From: Catajapyx aquilonaris
Taxonomy: Eukaryota
DNA: 36,421 bases
Assembly: GCA_000934665.2 (NCBI GenBank)
Contig: JYFJ02003932.1
Span: 1-36,421, forward strand
Direction of reading: 5' to 3'
Every line of letters begins with the position of its first letter. Position 1 is the first letter of the stretch. Below, in pieces: positions 22,371-36,388 of the stretch. Position numbers and translations under genes: made by a program. The notes below the pieces were generated by a model. It searched no databases, was not told the DNA's origin, and saw nothing but the letters and a program-made list of their open reading frames with translations.

Positions 22371-25300
22371 TAAAATCTAATTTGATGGTTTATTATACAA
22401 AAAAATCACTTCAGAATGCTCTTAACTTTCTGACACTGACTACGTAAACATTGCCCTAGATTTTGCAAGGTTCATTGTCACAAACTTCCTCGGTCTAATG
22501 GTCTTTCAAACAAGTTCCCTAAAGGATCACGCTATCAAACCAGACAAAATCAAGCTTTCGGCACAGCTTCTATGCAGCATTCCAGGCAAGATTCCAGGCA
22601 AATGCACAACACTGTGTTACCTGCAATTTGGGCACAACAGTGCAGAAAATGACGTTTTGAACGTGACTGACACAAACGTATGGCAGAGCATTCATTAGAG
22701 TGGCCAGTATGTTTTCTATAGAGAAAGGTTCATTTCCTCTACCCAGCCATCCCGAATCATTGAAAAGCACACCAAACTACTGGGTACGCCTCTTTACAAT
22801 AGCAAGCTTTCAACACTCTGAGCAGCAGGCAATCTCCACTGCCCCTCAAGCCACCCTGGCCTTCCAGAAATTTTGGGTCTGCTACATTTGCGAATTGTAT
22901 TCCTCAAGTCACTCTCTCAGGTTCTCATTAAGTATTGCCCAGTCTTGACTTTTCCCTCAGAATATTCATGGGAATTGAATGCTGAATCACACATAAAACA
23001 CATTTATGTTGGGGGAAAGCCACGAACACATAGGAGAGGAAATTCCGTTCCGCAAAATGGCCACTATCTATTATAATATGGTGCCCTACATGAGCTATGC
23101 GATCCATTCCAGGAACTGTTGAAGAACAATCTGCTGAGCCTATATACGAAGCTACGGTTGTGCATATGACAGTATTACGGATAATAAAAAGCATGGAGGT
23201 AAAGCATGTTACCGGTTCGTAGCATTAAAGGTGAGCTCCCGATCTTAATTAACTGACTTTGATAATAATGGACGTATACTTTCCACACCAGTGGTAATGG
23301 ATCAAGTAATGGATAGTGATAAGGTGCTACTGGAAGGACTATCTGGCAGTTTCAGTCAGAAGGACCAGTCGATGATCAACTATAAATTTTAGTTCTCTTT
23401 TTTGGAATCGGGCCTTACGTCTATAGATATCACTTCACACTCGACAAGCTGCAGCATGTCCTCTTGCAGGTTGTTAGGTCGCAATCTATGACCTCGGATA
23501 GCTCGATTGTAGGTTTGGAAAACGACCAAGTGGGTCTGACCTTTTTCAAGGGAGTTTGATGGTTATGAAAAGCTATACTTTGATTTGAATATAGAAGCGG
23601 CACATACCTACTCAAAACTGGATTGTGACATACTTTCCTGGGTTAGAATGTGTTACTGTATCTCAGGTACAGTATACAATAGCCAATTTTTTCATTTGCA
23701 TATTGTTCACTGATATTGACATTTAATAAAATGAATGCATGTTGCACAATGTGGCAACACCACAAATAGGTTATTGCCGTGTGGATTCACGTTTGCGCCC
23801 ATTTATAATTATATTAAAATTACGATCAATATGCGACTCAAAAAATTTGCCATCATATTCAATATATTGTCACAAAAATGGCAGTTCAAGTTTTGCCACG
23901 TTCCTAGCACTCTCTGTGGCCGTTTAAAATGCAAACAAATTTTCAAACCGCAAATTCTCAACTGTCAATCTCAGGTATTCATCTTATTATTAAGTTATCA
24001 GGAACAACTCCCAACAGAAATGATCGTGGTACAGTACACCCCAAAATCCGACCTCGATTGGATCCTTTGGTTCACATCTGAGTGGCAAGAGAGCCAGAAG
24101 ATATTCCCAAAGGGATCTCCGAGAAGATCGTACCGAATTCAAGAGGAGGGTGGTGGATGACATGGAGTAGAGTGGAAAAGACGAGTAAAAAATATCCAAT
24201 AATGACTTCAGCTTATTGCATGTTTATTTGCATAGTTTAATCGAGTGTACCTACTCACAAGTCCACTGAGAAAACTGCCATACTGCTGGACTAAACTTCC
24301 TATGCATAATGCGCCTCTGACAGCACCGCAGTTGCTCCACAAGGCACTGTGATGTCCCCAGGTCAGTAATCCTCATGAGGTCTCAAGGACTTATTGGTCT
24401 GAGCCAAACCACTTTCTTAGGGTGGTAGTCTATTGAAATCCATCCCATTTCAAGCAAAGTCAACAAATTCACGAGTCCACAATGTTGTCCCCCAAGCACG
24501 GAAGTAACCCAAGTGGATGCGGCTTACCAAACAAGCACTGGAGTTTCTCCCGAGGTGCCACCATCCCAAGAGCCATCTGTGCTTATTATGCGGACCTGTG
24601 AGTCGTACAGATATTTGCTTATTTGTCAACTAGCCCTACCTGTGAAGATTAGATCCGGCAATCACAGTCAAGTTAATTTTATATTATTTATCTCCGGCCG
24701 TAATAATACTGTGTATTTTTATTCATTTCACAATATAGGCTACTACTGTATCAACTTTTCCTAATTATGCATTACAGTATACATCTACCTGCCGAATTCC
24801 GCATCAAAAACGGAAGTGAGATTATCAGATTAGCTTCAGTAACAATTTATTACTTTCACCCTATAGAAAAGCTTGCACACTGCTTATAAATAATAATTAT
24901 CCTTCCAGTGATACTGTAGGGCAGCTCCCAAAATGTACTAACCTAGAAATGTCCTGTTATAACCTTTGAGTCGTCCGAGAACGGACAATATAAATTGGTC
25001 ACATTTCATTTGCATAGCTTTGGACCCCAGCGTGCAAGTGCTGGGCTAGTGTATTGTATGTAACAGAAGGTAAAACAGGAACTCCAGCAGATGCTGAAAG
25101 TCGGATCTCCATTTTTCCCCCACAACTAATTTATAGCAGAAGCTTGTGAAATTAAAATTAAGCTGGCTCCATTTTCCTCTTTGGCAAGAGAGAGCTCTGG
25201 AATATTCATGGTGTGTGGAAACCCCTAGACTTTCATAGCGCATTTAATATGGACGTGACCAACCTTAGGGCCCTCTTGGATAACTGCCCTCCCGCTGGAA

Positions 25301-28300
25301 GGGAAAACACCGAACAGCCGGACACATTTCACTGGGCTGCCGGCTCAATTTCCTTGTTTAATTCAACCCGAGTTGGACATTTCCCACAAACCACTGACTT
25401 CCTAAGCTTCTTCCCGTTGTTAGATGCACGTCAGGTTTCAGAAGTCGAAGGAGCCAAAAAGTTAAGATCACAAGCGCACTTTCACCACTTCCATTGGGTC
25501 AAACTTCGTACGTTCAAAATCACTTCCGTTGGTCGATTTTCTTGTTTGAATCTAGCACACCTGTACATTTACTACTAAACCACCTACTTGTTATGCTCCT
25601 TCACAGTGCCAGGTTACAAGAAAGGTCAATAGTCAAAGGTGAAGATCACAAAAACTTTTTATCACTTGATCACTTTCTGCTTGATCTTTTCTGGAAATAG
25701 ACGAGACTAGAATAATTTACGTACCGTATCTCATTTAGATTGGGTACTGGGAGACATTAAGATAATAATTCACTGGATCAGCGATCTTTTAAGCTTGAAC
25801 GCAGTACAGTGTCAATGTAAGAGAAGCACTTTCCAACAGCTCAAGCAGAAGAAGGGTTAGTGTCAAGAGTGTTGTCAAGTTCTGGAAGAGATTGGTGGTG
25901 ACCAGATATCCTAATGATATACCTACAGCCTACTGTCGCAATATTTAAGGAGCACTATCTGCCTATAGGAAATTACGAAAACCCTGATCAGAAATTCAGA
26001 CGATGAATAGGAATTCCTTGACCATCCGCAACAGATTCCTGCTTAAATATGTCTACAGATTGGTATGGTAAGACTTCTCTGCACCAATATTTGTGACACC
26101 GGAATGCTCATCTGGAAGAAACTGACTAAAAAATGAGAGTCGTGTAATTATCATTAATTATATTAAAGAATAGCGACTAATATTAATTTAATTGTGAATG
26201 AACAAGTTCAATGCTTGCATAATATCAGCATGGGAATTTATAAAAATATCCCGTAAATGTAGTAAAACCAGTCCAGTGAAATACGCGCATAATACGATAC
26301 CGACATATTTTTAAATGCTGGCAGCTTTATGTTTACCTTTTTATGTCACACTGTTTTTGTTGCCTTTCCCGCCTTACCACCACTTCCAGAGGGACATGGC
26401 TAAGTGGTTTCTCCCCTCATATTCCCCCTCTGGAAAACTACCTCCGTGTACTATTATCATAAAACTTTATTATCTTTTCCTGACTGCTCAGGGCTCCTTT
26501 GCATATTGGAAAGTCTAACTTCCAGGATCCTCTCCATCGGCCTTATTGAATCATGTTCTAACAATCACACTCACCGTTCGAGACAAGAGATCTGTTATGG
26601 AGCCCATCAGGCTGTGAGCACAAGCTGCGGGAGTACCTAATAGGATTTGTTGTGTGAATGGTTAGCAGATAGAACGATCCTTATTATTTCCAGGACATGT
26701 TCGATCAGTCCCATGAAATGGCAGCAACCTAAGCCTCGCGGACATTGTTGTTTCGTACTTAGTGCCAACCGTTTATTCTACTGGAATAGTGAGAGGCTTA
26801 CATGCAATATTGAAATGCAATGAGCCAGCATATTAGATACACATGTAACCCTATCAAAAGGTATACTTAATAATGGAACAATATATTGGTGCTGGGTTGT
26901 GCATTATTTTTGGACTTTGCAGGTTTTCCAGTATTCTGTATTTTGTCCAGGACTATCCATGCATTGCGATTGAGATTGCAAAGTTTAATGCCTATAAAGT
27001 AGCCTATACACAGCTGAAAGAGTGGAGTCGTGCTCGAGGACAAAGCAGTTGATTTCGTTCGCACCTATAATAGATGCCATTCCCTACAAAAGTGGATTTG
27101 ATGTGGTTTGATCTCTTGACGTGATTGTTTGCTGTCGTGGCCCTGCTTTTTCAACGTGGCCTGACATCGCCTCGGATGTCAAGCATGTCTGACACAACAG
27201 AACACCACAGCCATGAACCCGGTCACATCCCTCTCCCCTCCTGGTCAGCCCCATAAAAAAAACAAACCTTAGCCACTTTGCACAGCCAATCTCCTTGTTT
27301 TTGTCATCTGGCCATGACGAGATGAGAATTTTCTTTGTGGCTTGGGTGTCAGACGCATGCTAATTTGTCTTGGTCACTTGGCTGAAGTGACGACACGCGG
27401 AGATTGTGCTGCCAACGATGTAAAAAATGTGAATGGGATCAACCCCTGGCTTGGTTTGCACTGACAGTATTGCTCGATGTAACTCAAGGCAAGATGAGAC
27501 CGGAAAAAGCATCCAGTGTGACAAAAGGCCCTTTAGATGTACATCGATCATGCACAAAACATACAACTTGTGTTGCTGAATGCTATGGCAGCAGTTTTTT
27601 GTACCCGTGGACAGTCGTAATCGATGCCCTTCTGAAGGGATTTTTGCAGCACTCTGAATAATCTATCCATTTGTCAGACAGCTAGGGTTTAAGAGGAACT
27701 TAAAATGTCGTTCACATGTTGCAAGAGTGGACGTCGAATTGAACGATTACTGCCTGAATATGCCATGTCGGCCTAGTGCTATGCGAGTAAGCTGAGGTTG
27801 AACTGCAATAGATTTAATTTTAGCGAAATGAGAGCAGCCAATTGGTGTAGGGGTAGCCTGCCAGCAACAAAGGAGCGGTACGCCGTATGTTCTTTAGCCC
27901 AGAGCAAGGCAGCTTTTCCAAATCCCTGGTGGTACAGTAAAAACGAAAGCAAGTGGAGAGGAGAAATATTATTCTGTAAGCCCTCAGCACAAGTTTGCGG
28001 CTCATCCCACTGATTAGGTCTCAACACGAACGGCTTGCAGTATATAGGTACAGTGCAAAGAATGTTGCCAACTCTGCAGTATGGGAAAATATCTAAACGT
28101 CAGCGACTGCAAAAATAAACTATGCACTGAAACGTGCCACTTCGTGTGAAATCCAGCTCTTAGCCTACCGATTTGAAAGGTTTCTGATCGAGGAATGTCA
28201 AGATAATGTCCATGCTATTCTATGTTGTACGGAAAAAAAACCCTGTCACTTGCACAGCTACTGGACAAGGGGAACCTTTGAATTGCACCTTATCGATGAT

Positions 28301-30812
28301 TGACTCTCCTGCCTTCTCTGTGGGAAACTATTTGATATACCAACGTGATATCTTGCACGGGGGGAAAAGCAGCCGCATGTTTTCTGTAGACTAGCTGCAC
28401 TGAATAATAATATTCTATTTTACAAATCAAGCTTCTTGCCAGTAAGTAATTAAAAAATTAAAAATAAAGTTCAACGCGAGTATAGCAGGATGCGGCTGGC
28501 CAAAACTTTTTTGACAAAGGCACCTAAACGATAATATTTGGTAAATGTCACGATCTTTATCAACACCCCTTCCATCACATGGTAATCCCAGCTGGAAGGC
28601 AGCCAGAGCGACTGAGTTGACATGGTGCAAGGCCATTTCAAATGCACGTAATAGTCGAAATGAATTGTGGGATAATTACAAAAATGACTGTACTAACCTT
28701 CAGGCAATAAACTTTTTGCACACAAAATTACTGTGTCATGTGATGTAATCCGCAGCATTACAGGTACTGTACAAACTGTCTCGTGAATAAATGTATGTCT
28801 TTATACTTTTGTAGCCTATTACAGTAGGTTATAAAAATTAGAATTTGTCATTTATTTGTCAGTAGTTCTTGTGGCTGATATATGCACCGCATGTGTAATA
28901 TCATTTTACAAACATGTTTAAAGGATTATTTCAGCTGCAAACATTCGGAATAATGAGTGTAACATGTCGCATTATTATACAAAGTGCTTCTTACTAGCAT
29001 TCGTCCAGCCGAGGTAGACGACCAGACATATTGGTCTGCCCCTAGACACACGCGGCAACACGCGACACCTATTTGTAGGAACGTTGACTGACAGGTTCAC
29101 CACGTGGCGTGGTTGCCTAGGGAGCAGGATACGAGCATGATGATCATCACTGCGAAAGAGGCGACCTCGTATAAATCCCACCAGTAAGGACCTCCGGCCA
29201 CGCTTTACACAGTGTGCTAAGCATCATTGAAAATAATAACCAACGTATATCACATTCTTGCCCAGCAGCCGTTTTTCTGATAGTTTCAAGCCCTATAAGC
29301 CCTCCCCCACATAAGTGAATCTCTACCTCTGAAAAGTAAAAGCCAGACTTGAACAAGCACCTGGTCGCCAGTAGTGGAGGTTGCGGCCACCTGGAAAAAG
29401 ACCTAACTCCATCCCAGCTTTGAATTGGCTTTTGTGCCTACAGTTAGGTAATTATTCTGTAGGCTTCCAGTGTGGTGGGCAACCAAGCTTCTGCAGAGGA
29501 TCCAGAGCGCTTAGGAGTGTACAAATCATGCGGTGCTGGTCTGGGAGAGAAAGGGTAAGGAAGTGCCGCAGAAGGTGGTGGTACAGTGTAGGTAGGCAGG
29601 GAAGCAGAAAGAGTTGCAGGCTCGCCTCTGCTCTGTTGCCAGCAATTAATCTTCCGGCTGGAGGAAGAGCGGAAAACGAGCCTTTGATGGGTTTCAGAGG
29701 CTGAAGAGGGGGAGGTGGCAAAGGGAAGAACTTTCCATAAAAATCCTGCTTTTGTGGCCATTAGAGCGGTACTTTTCTTTAACCTTCCCTACTTCTAGCT
29801 GTCAGAGAAAAAGGAAAACTCTTCCGAATTTGTCATTGTTTGTGCCGGACAAGTGACGGGTTGTTCCGTTTTTTTTTTTGTGCCCTTCTCTGGCTGCATG
29901 GCAAAACGAGCGGCCGGGGCTGGATAGGCCTAATTATGATGGTCTCCTAGGGAATCTTCTAGCCCCCTACCCGCCCACTGGCTTTTGCATTAGTAGTGCG
30001 GAATAATCGTTACGCCAATGAAGCCGAGTGTGGCCAATTCGCCTCCATAGGAGCACCGCGGCCGCTAATCTTTTGTTGTAACAATGGTGCCTCTGTACTG
30101 CTGGCCTGCCCACAAATGTTTGCTGAATTTCAACCATCCGATATTACCGCGCCTAATAGGCAGCGTGTTTAATGCGTTTTACTTCCCCGCGGCTCATTTT
30201 CGGGCCGCCTAAAATGAGGCAGGCGTAAACACGGGCCCCAGCCCCCCATTCATTTATTAATTGCTACCTTGAGTCGCAATTTCCAGGGGGCCAAAAGTGG
30301 AGGGTTATAGTCTAGCACACTTTAAACTGGCCCACATTTGTGTGGTCAGATTCCTAGGGCGTTATGTTGCTCAGATATCTGCACTTGTGTGATGAGGATG
30401 ATGAGACTTTTGCCATTTTCACGTGCTATACCTACAGTAGTACAGAAAACAAATAATCCGGGTGCAGACAAGACTCTTCCACTGGGTAAATAAAGATTTT
30501 CGAAAATTTCACCCACTCAAAACTTTCTCGGTACGTCAACGGTCTTTTGTTCTCGGAAACAAACGTGGTACAGTATCATACTCCCCTGCAAGGCAAGTTT
30601 CTCATTATTTTACAGATGGAAGGTACTGTACTCTTACAATCGTTTTGTGGTGTAGACTATTTTTGTCTTGTTTTCGCTGAAACAAAAAATAATGTGCCTC
30701 TCAAATTATGTTTATAGTTATTAACGTACGGGTCTGCTGAGAATTTTGTTTAATTTTGTTTACAATATTGTTTAATATTTCACGCAAATACTAGTATTAC
30801 TGGTGCTTAATA

Positions 30813-31023
30813 TGTGACGCCCCTCACTATAGGGCAGTGGCGTCTGGGTATATGGACCTGGTGGGGAGGGCTCTTTAGTATATGTGAGTCGTGACACGGC
30901 CTGGTTTCGGGGAGGTCTAACAAATGGGTAGTTCCTAACCCGTTGTATTATTGGATCACGACCACAACCTTGAGAGACCTTGAGGAGGTCTGGAGGGATG
31001 ACTTGAGGAGGTCAGCCTTCACA
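30813..31023. mobile_element. Possible solo LTR
   Basis: A GC-richer block bounded by TGTGA...TCACA within AT-rich flanks. The flanking 4-mers AATA/AATC match only 3 of 4. Confidence 0.3.
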
Positions 31024-33050
31024 AATCATTAATAATACGACGTATAAGAGTAGAATAAAGACTACTGGTAATACGCGCGGTTTCAAGTAGTATCGCATGT
31101 TCCCAAGCTCTCGACAGTTCTGGAGAGCCTGGATGAGTATAGCATTGTTACACTCTGCATAATTGTGCAGTTGTGTCTGTTGTTCTGGAGCTATCCAAGC
31201 GTGGCGATGAAAGGCGGAAATTAGCGCAGGAAGGCAGCCGGGTCTCCGCAATCAAAAGTTTTGAAATTCGAATGGTTTTTGCTCTGTCCCCGAGAAATGA
31301 AGTTTTCCCTTCTTTTCGTCGCCTACTAACTGCACGCGGTTTTTGTTCCAGGTACTCCCCCTCCATAAAGCCCCTCGCGTTTGCTTGGATTTTGAATAGG
31401 TTTGGTGGTCCTGGCCCCAGGCGGAGGTTTCGCCACAAGGATTCAAGAATTGCCTTTCTCCTCATGTGCTCGACTTTTCGGCTCAGATACAGATGTACAT
31501 CTGCACGACTTTCCCGGCTCGAATCTGAGATGATGAATGACTCAGCCTGGGCTATGCATCTCAACAATGCAATGGGAAGAGGATACTAATTCTATAGGGA
31601 ACCATTCCCCTTGGCAGCACCCGCCCTTTTATTTTGCATGCACTTTCTCTATGCGTAGAAGAAAGGGTCTTTTTCCATCAAAGTCCAATGTCCTCCTCAC
31701 CCGCCTTTCCCTGCAGCCATATCATCTGGATGCATACATGAAGAGGACTCCATATCATGATGACAATTCGTACTTTAGGCATGACTGCAGGCAGTATTTT
31801 TTGAGGCTCTCAAATAATTGGCAAAAACCTTGCTCCAAGAAGTCAGTTCTCTGGGAAACTCGCAGACGTGGCTGCAACCTATATCGTCATGTAGCTATTC
31901 AAACATCAGGTATTAATGTAAATGGTATCTGTGCCCTGACGTTGAGTAGAACCTTTCGATGTCTGGATCAAGAAGTGTTTGAATAATTATGATGTTTAAT
32001 AATTGATCGAATTGATTATTCAATTATCCACACACCATTTACTTATTTTTACGTGTTAAAGGGGGGATAAAGAGAATTTAGGAGTAACGTTCTCGCTAAC
32101 AACAGCAGAACCGATTTTTTCTTGTGTGTGTAAATGTAACTGACCTCTCTCTTACACATGTGTAGGCTACTGTACTTTTCCCATATTCTTAATGTAGTAT
32201 TTTTAAAAGTCATTTGCATTCGGGAGTAATTTAAGCCGTCGTAAAATTTTAAGTCATGTCGTAACAAGCACCAAAAAAATGCGGAAAAATGAGGTGCTCC
32301 GGACCTGTAAAGCCGATTTTTATATTTAGCTATAACCTTTCGGCAAATAATAATTTTGTCAAAATTTGACTGATTTGAGAACTACTATAAGTTGGGGGAG
32401 CCCTCATTTTCACGGGTTTTATTGTGCCTAGAGGGAATGGTCAACCGCAAACGCGACCCTTCTTTTGTGTAGGGAGGGTGGGATCGAGTGTCTCCTCTTT
32501 CGGCCAGAGTTGGAATTCAAAGAAGTCCGGCGGATTTTCTAAAAATAATAGTAAGCACGACTCACCATTTTCAACTTCAGAGTATGGCACATAGTTTGTG
32601 GAGTTGCCATGCATTCTAACTCAAAATCCAAAAGGAAGATGCATTTGCACGCGGAGTAGCCTACTATGTAAGATACTTTCTGGAAACAAACATCACACAG
32701 AGTCGTAATTATAATACACAAGGAGTGTTTGTCTATGTACGGTGAGACTAGCGTTAGTCCTCAGTAGCCAAAGGTTGCTTTGATCGGGTCTAGAGCAGTC
32801 CAATGAGGAACGGAGCTGTACGAGAGCCGTAGTATTAAGGCTTGTGAAAGCCATGTACATTACTAATCCGATTATCTGCATTCAGCCAAGTAAACAGATT
32901 ACATGCTCCACTCAGCCGCCGACTCTAAGGATGACAATTCGATCGCTGGGCCTTCTAGGTTTTGGATTTACGTGTGCGTCCTCCAGAAAAAGAAGTAGGC
33001 TCGGCCTAAGCAGCAAAAACAGAAACTTCACCGTCACCATCCACCATATC

Positions 33051-33123
<73 letters not shown>

Positions 33124-33141
33124 GTTATTATTATTATTATT
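33051..33141. repeat. (TAT)n microsatellite, about 30 units with one interruption
   Basis: Seen directly. It is the source of the poly-Tyr in ORF 32844..33164. Confidence 0.95.
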
Positions 33142-33567
33142 GGGTTTTTCAAAAGGTGAAATAACAGTCCTCAAGATTTTTGCTGATGCAGGCTCAATTC
33201 TGAAACACAAGGTATACCGTTTATCAACACAAACTAGCTAGTTGCAGAGATATTACATGGTAGTAAGCGTCCAGTGATCGCCTTGTTTCCTGCATCTCCG
33301 GATATGCTAAACTAGGTGTTTAAAAGGCACTTATCGCAGTAATGAGGCTGCTCAGACCAAATGACACCTCAAAGGCAATGATCTGGCTCCCAGGAACTCA
33401 GGAAGTCTCTCGGAATCATTATGAAACCCCTATAGTACAGTATTTACTTTAACCCAAAAGGTGAAGGAGCTTCTGCTCAGATAAACAGCTCTTCGAGAGG
33501 CAAGAAAATATCGTACTAGTGGCACAAATATTACTACTCCTTTGCAGCCGAACGAAGTTTTAAAATA

Positions 33568-33888
33568 CGAGAGCTGTTCAAAAAGAAACCGAACTTTTTA
33601 AATAGGGCGTCAACCGGCCCAAAGAGCGTATTGAGGCTACTGACAGTCTCATCTAACGACATGTCTTGACAACAAATTGCCACTTGCCACGTTCAGCTAT
33701 GACCATTGGTCATGGAGATACATCCACTTAAGTGAGCACTTCGACAAGCTGTTCTTCTAATTAGTGAGAAAGTGAAAATGAGTGAGCTTGAAAAACAACT
33801 CGTCTGTGTGAAATTTCGCTAAAAAATTGGTAAAGATTTTACATAGACATTTCAATAATTGCTTTACCAAGCACACTTGGGAAGATTC
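33568..33888 (+). mobile_element. 5' fragment of a decayed mariner transposon
   Basis: TA|CGAGAGCTGTTCAAAAAGAAACCGAAC is a mariner-style left TIR, followed about 210 bp later by a broken transposase N-terminus. No right TIR found. Confidence 0.75.
33778..33888 (+). pseudogene. mariner transposase N-terminal helix-turn-helix fragment with three in-frame stops
   Basis: Manual translation MSELEKQLVCVKFR*KIGKDFT*TFQ*LLYQAHLGRF resembles the mariner N-terminal pattern EQRxxxKFxxKLGKxxTETxxxLxxAYG. Confidence 0.75.
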
Positions 33889-33993
33889 TCCTGGACCAAA
33901 AGAGGCACAGATCAGTCGGTCAAAGGTCAAGTTGATGTTGGTTGTGATTTGGTTTGGAAATGCATTTTTCTTTATGAATTTGGACCATGTTGT

Positions 33994-34051
33994 CAGATTG
34001 GCAGACAAACAGTGTTGTACCATGGTACAACACTGTTTGTCTGCCAATCTG
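33994..34051. repeat. Perfect 58-bp palindrome with no spacer
   Basis: CAGATTGGCAGACAAACAGTGTTGTACCA|TGGTACAACACTGTTTGTCTGCCAATCTG. Confidence 0.95.
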
Positions 34052-34590
34052 CAGAATGTTTTAGTGCGTTTGAGGGCTGCTGTGCCCAAGGCCTAAATGG
34101 TGGTTTATTGTCGTGATTCTGCTGGCATTGCGGTCCATGCTGAGTACACCTGCTTTGATGACCGCCTTGATGAAGTGATTCACACCGTAATAAGATGGGG
34201 CGATAGGTGGTGAGGACCGTTTGGGGCTACTATGCAGGAGGGGAATTATTTGGAGGGCCGATGGAAAATGATTAAAAGGGCGGGATTCATTCCACTGGCG
34301 GGGCCATGAAAAATTGCTTGCCATTGGCCGCAGATTCCTACGTCTCTGGAATCCAGCCAAGAGCCTCTTTTCTGCCCGTGTCCTTCCTTCCCTCCCCTCC
34401 CTCCCCTTTTTGGCTAGGGAAGATTCTTGTAGAATATATATCTGTGGTGCACATTATGTGAAAATTTATTAGTGGAAAAGTTCGAAGAATTCCCTTAAAT
34501 AGGGGGAGCTTGGAGCCACTTTTTGCAGTGACATGATAACAAGGCCGCATACTCTGTCAGCAAAGGTGACTGCCACCTAAGGTACGACTT

Positions 34591-34605
34591 TAATAATAGT
34601 AGTAG

Positions 34606-34643
<38 letters not shown>
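34591..34643. repeat. Compound (TAA)/(TAG) microsatellite
   Basis: Seen directly. Confidence 0.9.
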
Positions 34644-34645
<2 letters not shown>

Positions 34646-36388
34646 TTGAATATGCAGAGATGATGGAAAAGTCAGTATAGGATTAGTTCCTAGTGTAAAC
34701 AAAATAAAGGTGTCAAGGTAGTAGGTACATTTTTAACGTTTCCGATTGGACATTTTAGTGAGGTTTACACTCAGTACGGGCTTGCAGTGTCATGTTAGAG
34801 CAATGTCGCTGGGAAATGTCGCAGTGCAACTCGGAATGACCGAGTTTACGAGCGGGCTGCATTATACGAGGTGAATGAGGTCCAAAATAATGTCCAAGTA
34901 CGTACAAAAAGTACAGGTTCCGACCTCTCCTCTTTAAAAATGAATCGGCATGTCTCCCCAGATTCGGCTTGCTGCACTGTAATCGCTACTAATTTTAGAA
35001 GGCAGTGGATTACTATATTTATAGTATATTGATTTTAACGGTGCAATAATGGATCACATTATTTAGGCACTACATATTCGTCACAGTAAATTACATATTT
35101 TTATAATAAAGTTTCTCCCAATATTTCATTGTCATTTTCTGTGCTGGGGGAATTAAGAATGTCGGATGAAATCGGGAAAATGCAACAAAAGAAATAAAAT
35201 AATTAAGGAGGCTTATAGCGTTATCACCGGGTAAGCATTATTCTGATTATTGCTATTCACTAGTTTTTAGTACTCTACAAGACGGTAATAATCATTGTCC
35301 TGGCATGATTACCGGAGAGGATTACGGCAAGAAGGATCTCCTGAACAAGGTCTCCATTGTGATCCATTCAGCGAGTTGTAAATAATCCGCAGCGACACAA
35401 GGCCCGCCATCTGGAACAAACGAGGGAATTCCTCCCAGAGTATAGCCACGCACCCAGTTGTTTGCCCAACCATTCCGCACATTTTCAATGCAAAGCATGC
35501 AACGTCATTTCCATCCGAATGGGAGAGATAGGAGGTAGAAGCAAGGGGAAAAAAAGAAAATCATAGCAATCCTCCAAAGAGATATGTGCAGGCTAGGTAT
35601 GTTAACCATGTCGCAAGTGATTTTTTGCACTATCAGCATTCAGTCATGTCAAATAGCTCCAGGAAATGTGGATGTTTTAAAAGTTAACGACAATTTTTGC
35701 CCCAGGTCTGAGAACTTATAATTATGATTCACTTGACAGTTTATACTTTATAGGCTATTTCATTTTCTGGAACAGAGTAGGGTAATCACCGTATTTATCT
35801 TCCAACTAATGAGGATAAATGCGGTGATTACGGTATTGTATTTCATCCTGTAAGTTAGACTTCGGACAACAGTGCAATGTGGGTTGATATGCTTAGTTAG
35901 GATATGAGCAGCACTTTAGCAACAATAGGTAACATCCATTATTAATAATACGGTACTTATACTGACTAATTAGAGTAGCCCACCTACTGCAATGTTCATC
36001 TTAGGTCGTACCAGCTAAAAGAAATAAAATGCCACTTATCTCAACTAATCAAGTCCACCCACACTTCTCTATTATTCAGAAGTCTAACTTTAGGATGAAA
36101 TAGTGGTGCGAGACCTCAGAATCCGATTTCATGGAGCTACCAATATCATTTGAACGTGTAGGCCTACAGTAGGCCTATAATACAGACCGTGTTCCCATGT
36201 CGCCGCCAAACCGATCATTGCCCGTGTTCACACTTCGCCGGCTACGTACTACTGCCACAATATTATCGCGGACACTCACATAAGAACGTCATAATGTCCG
36301 GAACAATATTGTGCTGATTCTGTAGTAGGCCTACGTTTCATTTCATAATATATTTTGCTACGCTGGAGTCAACCAAATGGATCCCATA

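Noticed and set aside
1768..28326. Su(H)/CSL-type YGTGGGAA sites at 1768, 25381 (minus strand) and 28319
   Set aside because: Three unclustered sites in 36 kb is about chance expectation.
32056..32427. TTAA|AGGGGG Kolobok-like start and imperfect inverted repeats 32268-32300 / 32397-32427
   Set aside because: No matching right terminus was found and the match is too degenerate to define an element.
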